Positions 1 through 6,655 of a DNA stretch of 19,705 bases are shown one piece after another (position 1 is the first letter of the stretch; the number at the start of each line of letters is the position of its first letter). The DNA comes from Clostridia bacterium. Lineage in GTDB: Bacteria > Bacillota > Clostridia > Christensenellales > Aristaeellaceae. The position numbers were made by a program, and so were the translations under genes. The notes under the pieces were generated by a model. It worked only from the letters and a program-made list of their open reading frames with translations. It was not told the origin of the DNA and did not search any database. The stretch lies in contig JAZRWA010000043.1 in the NCBI GenBank assembly GCA_045599485.1, forward strand, positions 1 to 19,705, read 5' to 3'.

Positions 1-1796
1 GCGAAGACGTCGTGGCCGGCGTTCGTACTCCCCAGCCCATTGCTGAAATGGCTGAGAAGTTCCCCGAGGCTTATGCCCAGTTCATCGCCGTGTGCGACAA
101 GCTGGAAGCCCACTATCATGACATGCAGGACATGGAGTTCACCGTTGAAAACGGCAAGCTCTACATGCTGCAGTGCCGTAACGGCAAGCGCACCGCTCAG
201 GCCGCTCTGAAGATCGCCTGCGATCTGGTGGATGAAGGCATGAAGACCGAAGCCGAAGCCGTTGCCATGATCGATCCCCGTAACCTGGACACCCTGCTGC
301 ATCCCCAGTTCGACGTGGCTGCCCTGAAGAAGGCCGAAGCCATCGGCAAGGGCCTGGGTGCTTCCCCCGGCGCTGCCTGCGGTAAGATCGTCTTCACTGC
401 CGATGACGCTGTGGAATGGAAGGCTCGCGGCGAAAAGGTCGTTCTGGTTCGTCTGGAGACCTCTCCCGAAGACATCACCGGCATGAAGTCCGCTCAGGGC
501 ATCCTGACCGTGCGCGGCGGCATGACCTCCCACGCGGCCGTTGTGGCCCGCGGCATGGGCACCTGCTGCGTTTCCGGCTGCGGCGACATCGTGATGGATG
601 AGGAGAACAAGAAGTTCACTCTGGCCGGCATCGAGTTCCACGAGGGCGACGAGATCTCCATCGATGGTACCACCGGTAAGATCTATCAGGGCATCATCCC
701 CACCAAGGACGCCACCATCGCCGGTGAGTTCGGCCGCATCATGGCTTGGGCCGACAAGTATCGCCGCCTGAAGGTTCGCACCAATGCGGATACCCCCCGC
801 GACGCCAAGAAGGCCCGCGAGCTGGGCGCCGAAGGTATCGGTCTGTGCCGTACCGAGCATATGTTCTTCGATGAGGAGCGCATCGCCGCTTTCCGCGAGA
901 TGATCTGCGCTGACACCGTTGAAGAGCGCGAGGCCGCCCTCGACAAGATCCTGCCCTATCAGCAGAGCGACTTCAAGGCCCTCTACGAGGCCCTGGAAGG
1001 CACTCCCGTTTGCATCCGCTTCCTGGATCCCCCGCTGCATGAGTTCGTGCCCACCGAAGAAGCCGACATCGAAAAGCTGGCTGCTGCTCAGGGCAAGAGC
1101 GTTGAATCCATCAAGGCCATCATCCAGGGTCTGCATGAATTCAACCCCATGATGGGTCATCGTGGCTGCCGTCTGGCTGTTACCTATCCCGAAATCGCCA
1201 AGATGCAGACCAAGGCCGTCATCCGCGCCGCGATCGAAGTCAAGGCTGAGCATCCCGATTGGGACATCAAGCCCGAGATCATGATCCCCCTCGTTGGCGA
1301 AATCAAGGAACTGAAGTACGTCAAGAACTTCGTCGTTGAGACCGCCGATGCCGAGATCAAGGCCGCCGGTGTTGAGATGGAATACGAAGTGGGTACCATG
1401 ATCGAGATCCCGCGTGCCGCTCTGACCGCGGATGATATCGCCAAGGAAGCTGACTTCTTCTGCTTCGGCACCAACGACCTGACCCAGATGACCTTCGGCT
1501 TCAGCCGTGACGACGCCGGCAAGTTCCTGGGCGCCTACTATGATGCCAAGATCTATGAGTCCGATCCCTTCGCCAAGCTGGACCAGACCGGCGTTGGCAA
1601 GCTGATGGATATGGCCATCAAGCTGGGCCGTCCCGTCAACAACAAGCTGCACGTGGGTATCTGCGGCGAGCATGGCGGCGATCCTTCCTCCGTCGAGTTC
1701 TGCCACAAGATCGGCCTGGACTATGTGTCCTGCTCTCCCTTCCGTGTGCCGATCGCCCGTCTGGCTGCTGCCCAGGCCGCGATCAAGGAAATGTAA
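1..1796 (+). CDS. ppdK: Pyruvate, phosphate dikinase, C-terminal ~595 codons. The 5' end lies outside the window; codons are in phase with position 3. The stop is TAA.
   Basis: The translation reads ...EDVVAGVRTPQPI... and carries the phosphohistidine motif GGMTSHAAVVARGMG. It also has the PEP-utilising C-terminal motifs LCRTEHMF, FFCFGTNDLTQMTFGFSRDD and GICGEHGGDP. Confidence 0.95.
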   Translation, partial: EDVVAGVRTPQPIAEMAEKFPEAYAQFIAVCDKLEAHYHDMQDMEFTVENGKLYMLQCRNGKRTAQAALKIACDLVDEGMKTEAEAVAMIDPRNLDTLLHPQFDVAALKKAEAIGKGLGASPGAACGKIVFTADDAVEWKARGEKVVLVRLETSPEDITGMKSAQGILTVRGGMTSHAAVVARGMGTCCVSGCGDIVMDEENKKFTLAGIEFHEGDEISIDGTTGKIYQGIIPTKDATIAGEFGRIMAWADKYRRLKVRTNADTPRDAKKARELGAEGIGLCRTEHMFFDEERIAAFREMICADTVEEREAALDKILPYQQSDFKALYEALEGTPVCIRFLDPPLHEFVPTEEADIEKLAAAQGKSVESIKAIIQGLHEFNPMMGHRGCRLAVTYPEIAKMQTKAVIRAAIEVKAEHPDWDIKPEIMIPLVGEIKELKYVKNFVVETADAEIKAAGVEMEYEVGTMIEIPRAALTADDIAKEADFFCFGTNDLTQMTFGFSRDDAGKFLGAYYDAKIYESDPFAKLDQTGVGKLMDMAIKLGRPVNNKLHVGICGEHGGDPSSVEFCHKIGLDYVSCSPFRVPIARLAAAQAAIKEM

Positions 1797-1840
1797 TTCA
1801 AATCATTCAGCGCGCGTGCTGAACACCGCCTGAATATTTG

Positions 1841-1870
1841 CCCCGGTTCCGCAAGGAACCGGGGTTTTTA
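1841..1870 (+). terminator. Rho-independent terminator of ppdK
   Basis: A perfect 10-bp stem pairs ccccggttcc (1841-1850) with ggaaccgggg (1855-1864) around the loop gcaa. It is followed by ttttta. Confidence 0.85.
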
Positions 1871-2035
1871 CGTGAGAGGGACGAGCAATTGAAAAAATCA
1901 CGCTTTTTGATGTTCAAAGCAGGATTTCCAAGCCTTCCGAGAAAAAGCGGTTTTGTTCCTCTTGGGCAGCTGCGCTCCATCATAACACGATGGACCTTTT
2001 TTGCACATGGCCCTGCATGGCCTTCTATGGTCCTC

Positions 2036-2089
2036 AAAAAAGCAAACAACCTTGCTGTGATGGAATCCTGCCATCTCAACAAGGTTGTT
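2036..2089 (-). terminator. Probable terminator of the minus-strand met operon
   Basis: The 10-bp arms aacaaccttg (2045-2054) and caaggttgtt (2080-2089) enclose an inner gatgg/ccatc helix. On the minus strand the stem is followed, after 3 nt, by UUUUUU (plus-strand A-run 2036-2041). Confidence 0.55.
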
Positions 2090-2133
2090 ATTTGGAATAT
2101 AAAAATCAGCCTTTTCTCCAAGAGGTGGTGAAA

Positions 2134-2179
2134 GGGGGAGAGGGATGCTTCTCGGCTTCGAAAAGCGTACCTCTCCCCC
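2134..2179 (-). other. GC-rich hairpin directly downstream of the M20 gene stop. It could be an RNA-stability element or a weak terminator.
   Basis: gggggagagg (2134-2143) pairs with cctctccccc (2170-2179), and an inner gcttctcg/cgaaaagc helix extends the stem. Only a short U stretch follows on the minus strand. Confidence 0.35.
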
Positions 2180-2189
2180 TGAAAAAACC

Positions 2190-3383
2190 TTACGACTCCT
2201 GTGCGGCGACAACGGCGGCGTGCTCGTGCTTGATGCTCTCCAGCAGCGCGGGGTCGAGGATCAGGTCGAGCGCCGTCAGCGCCAATGCTTCACTGCCGGT
2301 CAGAATGGAGCGCAGCCCCATCTCGGAACGGCAGGCTTCGCGCTTTTCAAGGGTGTGACCGGCCAGAGATACTTCACTGATGCGGATCATGGGCTGAATG
2401 ACGGGAATGCACTGGCTGACATTGCCGACATCGGAGGAGCCCAGCGGCGCGTGCTTGGGGTTGTGGTACTCCTCGCCCAGGGAAAGCAGGTTTTTGAGGT
2501 ACACCGCGTCAAAGGAGGGCGTGGGCAGAATGTTATCCACCACGTTCTGCGTCAGCTCCATGAGCCCGGTGCAGCCCGTTTGAAGCGCCGCGCCTTCCAC
2601 GATGTGCTCCAGTTTGCGGTACACCGCCATCATGCGCTTCACATTGGCGGCACGTACATAGAAGCGGCCCTCGGTGTAATCGGGAATGATGTTGGGGGCG
2701 TCTCCGCCTTTGGTGACAATGCCGTGGATGCGTACATCCTGAGGCAGCTGTTGGCGCAGAAGACCGATGGCGTTGAAGACCATGATGAGCGCGTCAAGGG
2801 CGTTGATGCCCTCCTGCGGGTTGGCGGCGGCATGGGAGGCACGGCCTTTGAATTCCACACGGAAGGGGGCACAGGCGATCTCCTCATGCGTCAGCTCATG
2901 CTCGCTGGAGCCGGGATGCACGCACAGGGCGGCATCCACATCCTTGAAAAAGCCCTCGCGAACAAAACTGCCCTTGGCGCTGCCATTTTCGCCGCCCTCC
3001 TCGCCGGGGGTGCCGTACACACGCACTTCGCCGCCAATCTCGTCAATGACCTGCTTGAGGCACACGGCGGCAAGCAGAGAGGTGGCACCGAAAAGGTTGT
3101 GTCCGCAGCCGTGTCCCAGACCGGCCAGGGCATCGTATTCCGCCAGAAAAACCAGCACGGGACCGGGCTTTTGTGCCTTGTAAACAGCAGTGAAGCCGGT
3201 GGGATGACCGGCGACATCGGTCGTTACGGCAAAGCCTTCGGTCTTCAGCTGCTCCGACAGGAGGTTGCAGGCAAAATACTCGTGATTGCTGGTTTCGGGA
3301 TGCGCGTGGAGGTCCAACGCGATCCGGCGATAGACGGGAAATTTTTCTTCAGCGCATTGAAGGATGCGGTCACGCAGCGTCAT
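2190..3383 (-). CDS. M20D-family amidohydrolase/peptidase (AbgB / YxeP / HmrA-like) and last gene of the met operon. The stop is TAA.
   Basis: The 397-aa product has an N-terminal LHAHPETSNHE motif, the metal-ligand region GLGHGCGHN, and GTPGEEGG. ATG 3383 follows AAGGAA with a 9-nt spacer. Confidence 0.85.
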   Translation of the reverse strand: MTLRDRILQCAEEKFPVYRRIALDLHAHPETSNHEYFACNLLSEQLKTEGFAVTTDVAGHPTGFTAVYKAQKPGPVLVFLAEYDALAGLGHGCGHNLFGATSLLAAVCLKQVIDEIGGEVRVYGTPGEEGGENGSAKGSFVREGFFKDVDAALCVHPGSSEHELTHEEIACAPFRVEFKGRASHAAANPQEGINALDALIMVFNAIGLLRQQLPQDVRIHGIVTKGGDAPNIIPDYTEGRFYVRAANVKRMMAVYRKLEHIVEGAALQTGCTGLMELTQNVVDNILPTPSFDAVYLKNLLSLGEEYHNPKHAPLGSSDVGNVSQCIPVIQPMIRISEVSLAGHTLEKREACRSEMGLRSILTGSEALALTALDLILDPALLESIKHEHAAVVAAQES

Positions 3384-3403
3384 GGCAGAGGATTCCTTTC
3401 GTA

Positions 3404-4108
3404 TCAGTGCTTGATGGTGATCAGGCCGCGGTTGGTGGCGCGGCGGCTGAGCAGGTTGCCCAGGGACTGCATGATGAAAACAATGACCAGCAGGATCAGC
3501 ACGCAGGCATCCACGATGTCCTGATGGTTTTGATTCTGACCGTAGTTGATGGCAAAGCTGCCGATACCGCCTGCACCGACGGCACCAGCCATGGTGGTCA
3601 GACCGATGAGGCTGATGGCGGTCACGGTGGTTACACGGATCAGCTCAGGCACGGCTTCGTGCAGATAAACGCGGAAGATGATGCCGAAGGTGCTGCTGCC
3701 CATGCTGCGGGCCGCTTCGATCTTGCCCTCATTGATGCTGCTCAGCGCCACTTCCACCTGACGGGTATAGAAGGGAACACAGCCGAATACCAGGGGAATG
3801 ATGGCGCCCTTGACGCCGATGGCGGTGCCCACGATACTGCGGGTCAGCGGGATGAGGAAGATGAGCAGAATGACGAAGGGAATGGAGCGGAACACGTTGA
3901 TGACAAAGTTGGTGATCTGATAGATGATCATATTCTGGCGGATGCCGCCCTTGCGGAACACCACCAGCATGATGCCAAACAGCAGACCCAGCACAAAGGC
4001 GATGGCGCCCGCCTTGAAGAACATTTCACCGGTGGCCGAAAGGCTGGACCAGAAACGGGTGCGGTAGGCATACAGGTTGGGGGCAATTTGTTTAATGAAG
4101 GCGTCCAT
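3404..4108 (-). CDS. metI: Methionine ABC transporter permease. The stop is TGA.
   Basis: The protein is multi-TM and has the EAA-loop-like segment IEAARSMGSSTFGIIFRVYLHEAVP. The track ORF begins at TTG 4114, but ATG 4108 sits 9 nt after GGAGG (4122-4118), so I chose 4108. The gene overlaps the metN 3' end by 17 nt. Confidence 0.9.
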   Translation of the reverse strand: MDAFIKQIAPNLYAYRTRFWSSLSATGEMFFKAGAIAFVLGLLFGIMLVVFRKGGIRQNMIIYQITNFVINVFRSIPFVILLIFLIPLTRSIVGTAIGVKGAIIPLVFGCVPFYTRQVEVALSSINEGKIEAARSMGSSTFGIIFRVYLHEAVPELIRVTTVTAISLIGLTTMAGAVGAGGIGSFAINYGQNQNHQDIVDACVLILLVIVFIMQSLGNLLSRRATNRGLITIKH

Positions 4109-5165
4109 CGGCAATTTCCTCCGTAATCACATGGTTTTCGGTCAGGTACGCGATGGCGGCGGCGATGTTTTCGGGCGAACCCTCCAGCAGACCGATCATG
4201 CCGCCAAGAGAGGCCCCCTGCAGGATCTCCACATTGGCCAGAACCACGTTGAAATTGATATCAAATTTGCGGGCTGCCATGGTGATGAGCGGCTCGCCGG
4301 CGCAATCCTTGCGGAAGGTGAGACGGACCAGTTTGCCGTGGGAACCGGTGAACTGGGAATCCTCCTTCAGCACCTTGTCGATGCGGCTGAGCGGGGAAGC
4401 GGAGGCCACAAAACGGGCGGCGATGTCGGTTTGCGGATCGGCAAACACATCGTACACTTCGCCTTCTTCCACCACACGGCCTTTTTCCATGACAGCGACA
4501 CGCTGGCAGATGGACTTGATGACCGCCATCTCATGCGTGATGAGCACAATGGTCAAACCAAGCTTGCGGTTCAGATCCTTGAGCAGCGCCAGAATGGCTT
4601 CGGTCGCTTCGGGGTCAAGAGCGCTGGTGGCCTCGTCGGAAAGCAATACCGCTGGGTTGTTGGCCAAAGCGCGGGCGATGGCGACACGCTGCTTCTGACC
4701 GCCGGAGAGCTGGGAAGGATACACATTGATCTTATCGCTCAGACCGACCAGCTCCAGCAGCTCCCGCACACGGGCGGCGATCTGCTTTTTGCTCATGCCG
4801 GTAAATTTGAGGGGATAGGCGACATTATCAAAAACGGTGGAACGATCCAGCAGGTTGAAATGCTGGAAGATCATGCCGATGCCGCGGCGCAGGGTGTTGA
4901 GCTGCTTTTCTCCCATCGGCTTGCCGCCCTGCATGGCGACACCGTTCTTCATGGTGATCTCGGCGTTGCTGCCTACCTTGAGCGTGCCGCTGTCCGGCAC
5001 TTCAAGCAGGTTGATGCAGCGCACCAGGGTGGATTTTCCGGCACCGGAATAACCGATGACACCGTAAATGGTGCCATCGGCAATGCTGACAGACACATCC
5101 TCCAAAGCACGGACATCGCCCGTCTTGAGGTGGAAGGTCTTGTTCATGTTTTTAATCTCGATCAT
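4092..5165 (-). CDS. metN: Methionine ABC transporter ATP-binding protein with a C-terminal NIL domain. The stop is TAA.
   Basis: Motifs present are Walker A GYSGAGKST, signature LSGGQKQRVAIARAL, Walker B VLLSDEATSALD and H-loop ITHEM. The C-terminal ~100 aa are NIL-like (FDINFNVVLANVEILQGASLGGMIGLLEG). A GGAG lies 7 nt before the ATG. Confidence 0.95.
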   Translation of the reverse strand: MIEIKNMNKTFHLKTGDVRALEDVSVSIADGTIYGVIGYSGAGKSTLVRCINLLEVPDSGTLKVGSNAEITMKNGVAMQGGKPMGEKQLNTLRRGIGMIFQHFNLLDRSTVFDNVAYPLKFTGMSKKQIAARVRELLELVGLSDKINVYPSQLSGGQKQRVAIARALANNPAVLLSDEATSALDPEATEAILALLKDLNRKLGLTIVLITHEMAVIKSICQRVAVMEKGRVVEEGEVYDVFADPQTDIAARFVASASPLSRIDKVLKEDSQFTGSHGKLVRLTFRKDCAGEPLITMAARKFDINFNVVLANVEILQGASLGGMIGLLEGSPENIAAAIAYLTENHVITEEIADGRLH

Positions 5166-5226
5166 GCTGTTGCTCCGTCACGATTTCTTGAGTGAGCCCC
5201 TGGGGGAGTGACCCCGCCGGACCCAT

Positions 5227-5262
5227 GAAAAACCGGTGCCGACGGCTTTGTGTCGGCACCGG
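5227..5262 (-). terminator. Intra-operon intrinsic terminator between metQ and metN
   Basis: On the minus strand, CCGGUGCCGAC (5262-5252) pairs with GUCGGCACCGG (5243-5233) over 11 bp around an 8-nt loop. UUUUUC follows (plus gaaaaa, 5227-5232). Confidence 0.8.
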
Positions 5263-5273
5263 CGCGATCAAAA

Positions 5274-6194
5274 TTACTTCATCAGACCGGCGGCATCCTT
5301 GATGGCGTCGATGGAAGCGTAGTTGTTGCTGTACAGGGTCAGGGGGGCGATCAGGGTATCGGCGATGACGGTCAGGTCATAGCCGAAGGAGGCCATTTCC
5401 TTGGCCAGATAGGCCTTGTGCTGGAAAGCGTTCAGGTCCAGATCCTTGGCAACACGGTTGTTCAGGGCGTCGTTGGGCAGGTTGTAGTTGTCCAGCACGA
5501 CCAGCTCGACATAGATGCCGGCATCTTCCTGATCCAGGATCCACTGCACGGCGGCGAACATATCGTTCTTGGTGCCGCACACACCGACCTTGACAACGGT
5601 CTTGCCGGCGGGGGAGGCCACGTTGTAGTAGTAATCCTTCAGCTCAGCCACCTTGGCGGCGTCCACCACCAGGTTGGGATCCGCTTCGTACTCGAAGGCG
5701 GGATAGTAGGCTTCGTTGTACTCCAGCAGCATGAACTCGGCCACCAGCTGGGTGTGGTAGGCGTCAACGATCTTCTGATAGATCTCGTTTTCGGCATCCT
5801 CGGTGCGGGCCACCAGGATGTTGACGTAGGGGTTCTCGCCGCCTTCAGCCTGCTGTTCCACGATCAGACCATCCTTGGAGGGGATCAGGCCCACGGTGGT
5901 GGCCCAGGTGCCGTTGATGACGGCGCCGGCGTAGTCGCGCAGGGTGGAGGTCAGGGTGTTGGCCGCCACGGGAACCACTTCGATATCGTAGATGTAATTG
6001 GTGATGTCCTTGATCTCGGGGTTGTAACCGGCGGCGGGATCGACCTCGATGAAGCCGGCGGTCTCCAGCAGCTTGATGGCGCGGGCGAGGTTGGTGGCGT
6101 CATCGGGCGCGGCGATCTGCAGGGTCTGGGCAGAAGCGGCAGCGGTGCTCAGGATCAGTACCAGAGCCAGGGCAAGGGTCAGAAAACGCTTCAT
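5274..6194 (-). CDS. metQ: MetQ/NlpA-family methionine-binding protein. Its segment order is circularly permuted and its signal peptide is of the type-I kind. The stop is TAA.
   Basis: The 306-aa product starts with MKRFLTLALALVLILSTAAASAQ. Family motifs occur in the order IAAPDDATNLARA (res ~27-39), NPYVNILVAR (121-130), KVGV (202-205), DLNAFQHKAYL (253-263). A GGAG lies 9 nt before ATG 6194. Confidence 0.85.
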   Translation of the reverse strand: MKRFLTLALALVLILSTAAASAQTLQIAAPDDATNLARAIKLLETAGFIEVDPAAGYNPEIKDITNYIYDIEVVPVAANTLTSTLRDYAGAVINGTWATTVGLIPSKDGLIVEQQAEGGENPYVNILVARTEDAENEIYQKIVDAYHTQLVAEFMLLEYNEAYYPAFEYEADPNLVVDAAKVAELKDYYYNVASPAGKTVVKVGVCGTKNDMFAAVQWILDQEDAGIYVELVVLDNYNLPNDALNNRVAKDLDLNAFQHKAYLAKEMASFGYDLTVIADTLIAPLTLYSNNYASIDAIKDAAGLMK

Positions 6195-6218
6195 GATGTT
6201 TTGCTCCTTTAATATGAT

Positions 6219-6302
6219 TTATCGTTTGGGATGCGCGGTGTGAATGACGGAAAACGGGATGCGGCGCATTCGGTCCGTCGCGCGGCCAAAGTGCTGCTTC
6301 AT
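6219..6302 (-). CDS. Leader sORF2, 27 aa: MKQHFGRATDRMRRIPFSVIHTAHPKR. The stop is TAA, 24 nt before the metQ ATG.
   Basis: GAAAGGAGGAAG is present, with GGAGG (6315-6311) placed 8 nt before ATG 6302. The sORF sits between the leader terminator and metQ. I recognise no homology. Confidence 0.4.
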   Translation of the reverse strand: MKQHFGRATDRMRRIPFSVIHTAHPKR

Positions 6303-6322
6303 CGGGTCTTCCTCCTTTCTTT

Positions 6323-6362
6323 CGTAAAAAATAAGGGATCAGCGTGTGCTGTCCCTTATTTC
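6323..6362 (-). terminator. Strong intrinsic terminator (attenuator) inside the met operon leader
   Basis: The minus-strand RNA reads AAAUAAGGGA-CAGC-ACAC-GCUG-A-UCCCUUAUUU followed by UUUAC. That is about a 14-bp stem with one bulged A and a 4-nt loop, running into a run of U. Confidence 0.8.
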
Positions 6363-6377
6363 AGGAATGCCGGGGTT

Positions 6378-6470
6378 TCAGTTCCGGCAGCAGACACACG
6401 GCAAATAACGGCACATGCACATGTACATGCCCCAACGCATCATCTTGCCGGACGCGGTGCGATTGACCAT
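6378..6470 (-). CDS. Leader sORF1, 30 aa: MVNRTASGKMMRWGMYMCMCRYLPCVCCRN (6 Met, 5 Cys). The stop is TGA.
   Basis: GGAAGGAGG (6487-6479) lies 8 nt before ATG 6470, immediately downstream of a sigma-A-type promoter and immediately upstream of the terminator. Codons 15-20 form the tandem hexamer repeat ATGTAC ATGTGC ATGTGC. Confidence 0.55.
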   Translation of the reverse strand: MVNRTASGKMMRWGMYMCMCRYLPCVCCRN

Positions 6471-6503
6471 GATGTCTGCCTCCTTCCGAAATAAGGTAGA
6501 ATT

Positions 6504-6533
6504 ATCTTACCATATGGATGATAGATACGTCAA
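6504..6533 (-). promoter_or_regulatory. Sigma-A-type promoter of the met operon leader
   Basis: On the minus strand: -35 TTGACG (6533-6528), an 18-nt spacer ending in TGg, and -10 TAAGAT (6509-6504). The predicted 5' end near 6497 lies just upstream of the sORF1 SD. Confidence 0.6.
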
Positions 6534-6595
6534 GCATTACGGATGTATTTTGCCTGTTTTTACAAAATATTCGTCTTTCTGTACAGCAAAAACAG

Positions 6596-6625
6596 TTGTG
6601 CCGCTGCCCGGTTCCCTGTTATAAT
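6596..6625 (+). promoter_or_regulatory. Sigma-A-type promoter of the ATP-grasp / MBL gene pair
   Basis: -35 TTGTGC (6596-6601), an 18-nt spacer, and an extended -10 TGtTATAAT (6617-6625). It lies 30 nt upstream of ATG 6656. Confidence 0.6.
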
Positions 6626-6655
6626 GAAAAAAAGCGGTGCAAAAGGAATGACGGT

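Noticed and set aside
6378-6470. The Cys-rich sORF1 as a RiPP precursor for the divergently encoded ATP-grasp enzyme.
   Set aside because: The peptide has no Asp or Glu and only one Lys, so it lacks the residues needed for ATP-grasp (graspetide-type) crosslinks. It is transcribed as the leader of the met operon and is followed at once by an attenuator terminator.
6195-6533. An S-box (SAM-I) riboswitch or a Met T-box leader, expected upstream of metQ.
   Set aside because: I found no SAM-I core-like sequence, no T-box motif and no specifier-loop layout by eye. This still needs a covariance-model scan, because recognition by eye is limited.
6518-6655. Longer N-terminal extensions offered by the ORF track: 6518 for ATP-grasp, 9085 for SecD-like, 8762 for the small protein, 19133 for DUF1836, TTG 19032 for degV, TTG 4114 for metI and TTG 12782 for relA.
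   Set aside because: Promoter -10 boxes fall inside the extensions, or the downstream ATG has the properly spaced SD. The extensions also have non-protein-like composition.
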